DNA of 64,000 nucleotides from a virus (Duplodnaviria; Caudoviricetes): IMG/VR virus record IMGVR_UViG_3300037067_027649, positions 1 to 64,000 of that record; one strand, 5' to 3'. Shown piece by piece: positions 62,974 to 64,000 of this stretch (position 1 is its first letter; each line of letters starts with the position of its first letter). The notes under the pieces were generated by a model. It saw only the letters and a program-made list of their open reading frames with translations, ran no database searches and was not told where the DNA came from. The position numbers and the translations under genes were made by a program.

Positions 62974-64000
62974 ATGACAAAAGGAAATATTATTAATAAT
63001 TTAACTGAGAACCAAAGAAGAGATTTTTATTTTAAAAATCATTATCCTGATTTATACAATGAAATTATTCAAAGTAATAAATTAAATATTACATATTTTT
63101 CTCAAATTTTATATAATTATTGTTATGATATCAAAGAAATTCCTAAATGTAAAATATGTGGAAACGAATTGAAATTTGTGAGATTCACAATTGGGTATAG
63201 AACATTTTGTTCTACAAGTTGTGCAATGCATGATAAAGATTTGATTAAAAAAAGAAATGAAAAAACTAAAAAAACATGTTTAGATAAATATGGCGTAGAA
63301 AATGTAATGCAAACAAAAGAATTTAAAGAAAAAATAAAAGAAACTTGTATTCAAAAATATGGGAAAGAATTTTTTATGCAAACTGATGAATTTAAAGAAA
63401 AAATGATAAAAAATAATAAAAAAAAATATGGTGTGGATTATTATTTTCAAACTGAAGATTTTAAAGAAAAAGTTAAAAATTATAGTTTGAATAAATATGG
63501 TATTGAACATTATAACCAAAGTGAAGAAATTATAAATAAAAAACATAAAACTAATTTAGAAAAATATGGTAATATTTATCCAACAACATCAAAACAAGTA
63601 AAAGATAAAATAAAAGAAGCGTTTTTAAATAAATATAACTTCGAACATCATATGACATATAAAAAAGAAATGAATTTATTAAAAGATTTTTTTAAAAATA
63701 AGTCTGATGAATATTATAAAAAATATGAAAATGATATAATTTCTATTATTGATATAAATGATGATATATTACATATGTTTGATAAAAATTGTAATCATGA
63801 TTTTTATATAAACAAACAATTATTATATTTAAGAAACAAAAATAATCATAAAATATGCACTAAATGTAATAATGTGTTTAGTAAAAATACATCATATATG
63901 GAAAAAGAGTTATTAGAATTCATTAAAAATAATGTTAAATATGGTGTTTTATATAATGTTAAAAATGTAATTAAATTAGAACTTGATATTTATATACCAG
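62974..64000 (+). CDS. Partial endonuclease-like protein with KYG repeats (runs off the window; absent from ORF track)
   Basis: Read by hand: PKCKICG...RTFCSTSC, repeated KYG(V/I).....Q..EFKEK, window ends at ELDIYIP. Confidence 0.75.
   Translation, partial: MTKGNIINNLTENQRRDFYFKNHYPDLYNEIIQSNKLNITYFSQILYNYCYDIKEIPKCKICGNELKFVRFTIGYRTFCSTSCAMHDKDLIKKRNEKTKKTCLDKYGVENVMQTKEFKEKIKETCIQKYGKEFFMQTDEFKEKMIKNNKKKYGVDYYFQTEDFKEKVKNYSLNKYGIEHYNQSEEIINKKHKTNLEKYGNIYPTTSKQVKDKIKEAFLNKYNFEHHMTYKKEMNLLKDFFKNKSDEYYKKYENDIISIIDINDDILHMFDKNCNHDFYINKQLLYLRNKNNHKICTKCNNVFSKNTSYMEKELLEFIKNNVKYGVLYNVKNVIKLELDIYIP

Noticed and set aside
2562-63546. Opposite-strand or alternate-frame ORFs (2562, 3290, 3657, 4520, 6486, 13514, 21782, 23699, 23836, 23877, 24236, 26701, 27766, 35052, 36862, 37737, 42014, 45348, 46862, 47223, 50522, 51139, 52805, 52909, 57176, 57246, 61120, 63280)
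   Set aside because: Shadows of better-supported genes, with F/L/S/I-rich antisense composition and no motifs.
1-64000. Stop-codon reassignment as in some Bacteroidota jumbo phages
   Set aside because: Sheath, DnaK and ligase are full length in code 11; TGA is used in ATGA overlaps and TAG ends several genes plausibly.
1-64000. Giant eukaryotic virus origin (ankyrin, DnaK, Zn-repeat nucleases, high AT)
   Set aside because: Contractile sheath, tube, baseplate genes, a sigma factor and bacterial promoters and terminators indicate a tailed phage.
1-64000. tRNA or rRNA genes
   Set aside because: The few GC-richer non-coding patches (16640, 31950, 47430, 51900) show no cloverleaf or T-loop consensus by eye; tRNAscan was not run.

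Overview
Very AT-rich, densely coding segment of a jumbo myophage with T4-like tail genes, read in genetic code 11. The host is probably Bacteroidota, inferred from TAnnTTTG promoters, no Shine-Dalgarno motifs, and DUF4468-like and lipoprotein genes. Core genes are tail sheath, tail tube, gp26/gp51-like baseplate assembly proteins, NAD-dependent ligase, DHFR, DnaK plus a J-domain protein, an ECF-like sigma factor, a minimal PolA-like protein, a DEDD exonuclease, an M23 peptidase and five free-standing endonuclease-like genes. The accessory regions show two mutually exclusive terminal tags on unrelated proteins. (1) At least 34 small ORFs end in an invariant R-x-x-K-[IL]-x-x-[ILF] helix. (2) About 12 ORFs behind a TAATATATA late-promoter motif start with a T4 internal-protein-like capsid-targeting leader (KxF/YxxFxxE); their cargo includes three ADP-ribosyltransferase-like proteins, an ankyrin protein and an HExxH protein. 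One ART-like gene sits in a precisely inserted integron-like (attC-hairpin) cassette. There is also a tnpB-only IS200/605 element and a matching 312-bp ORF-less derivative. No tRNA or CRISPR array was seen. Family assignments come from motif recognition only; no database searches were run.
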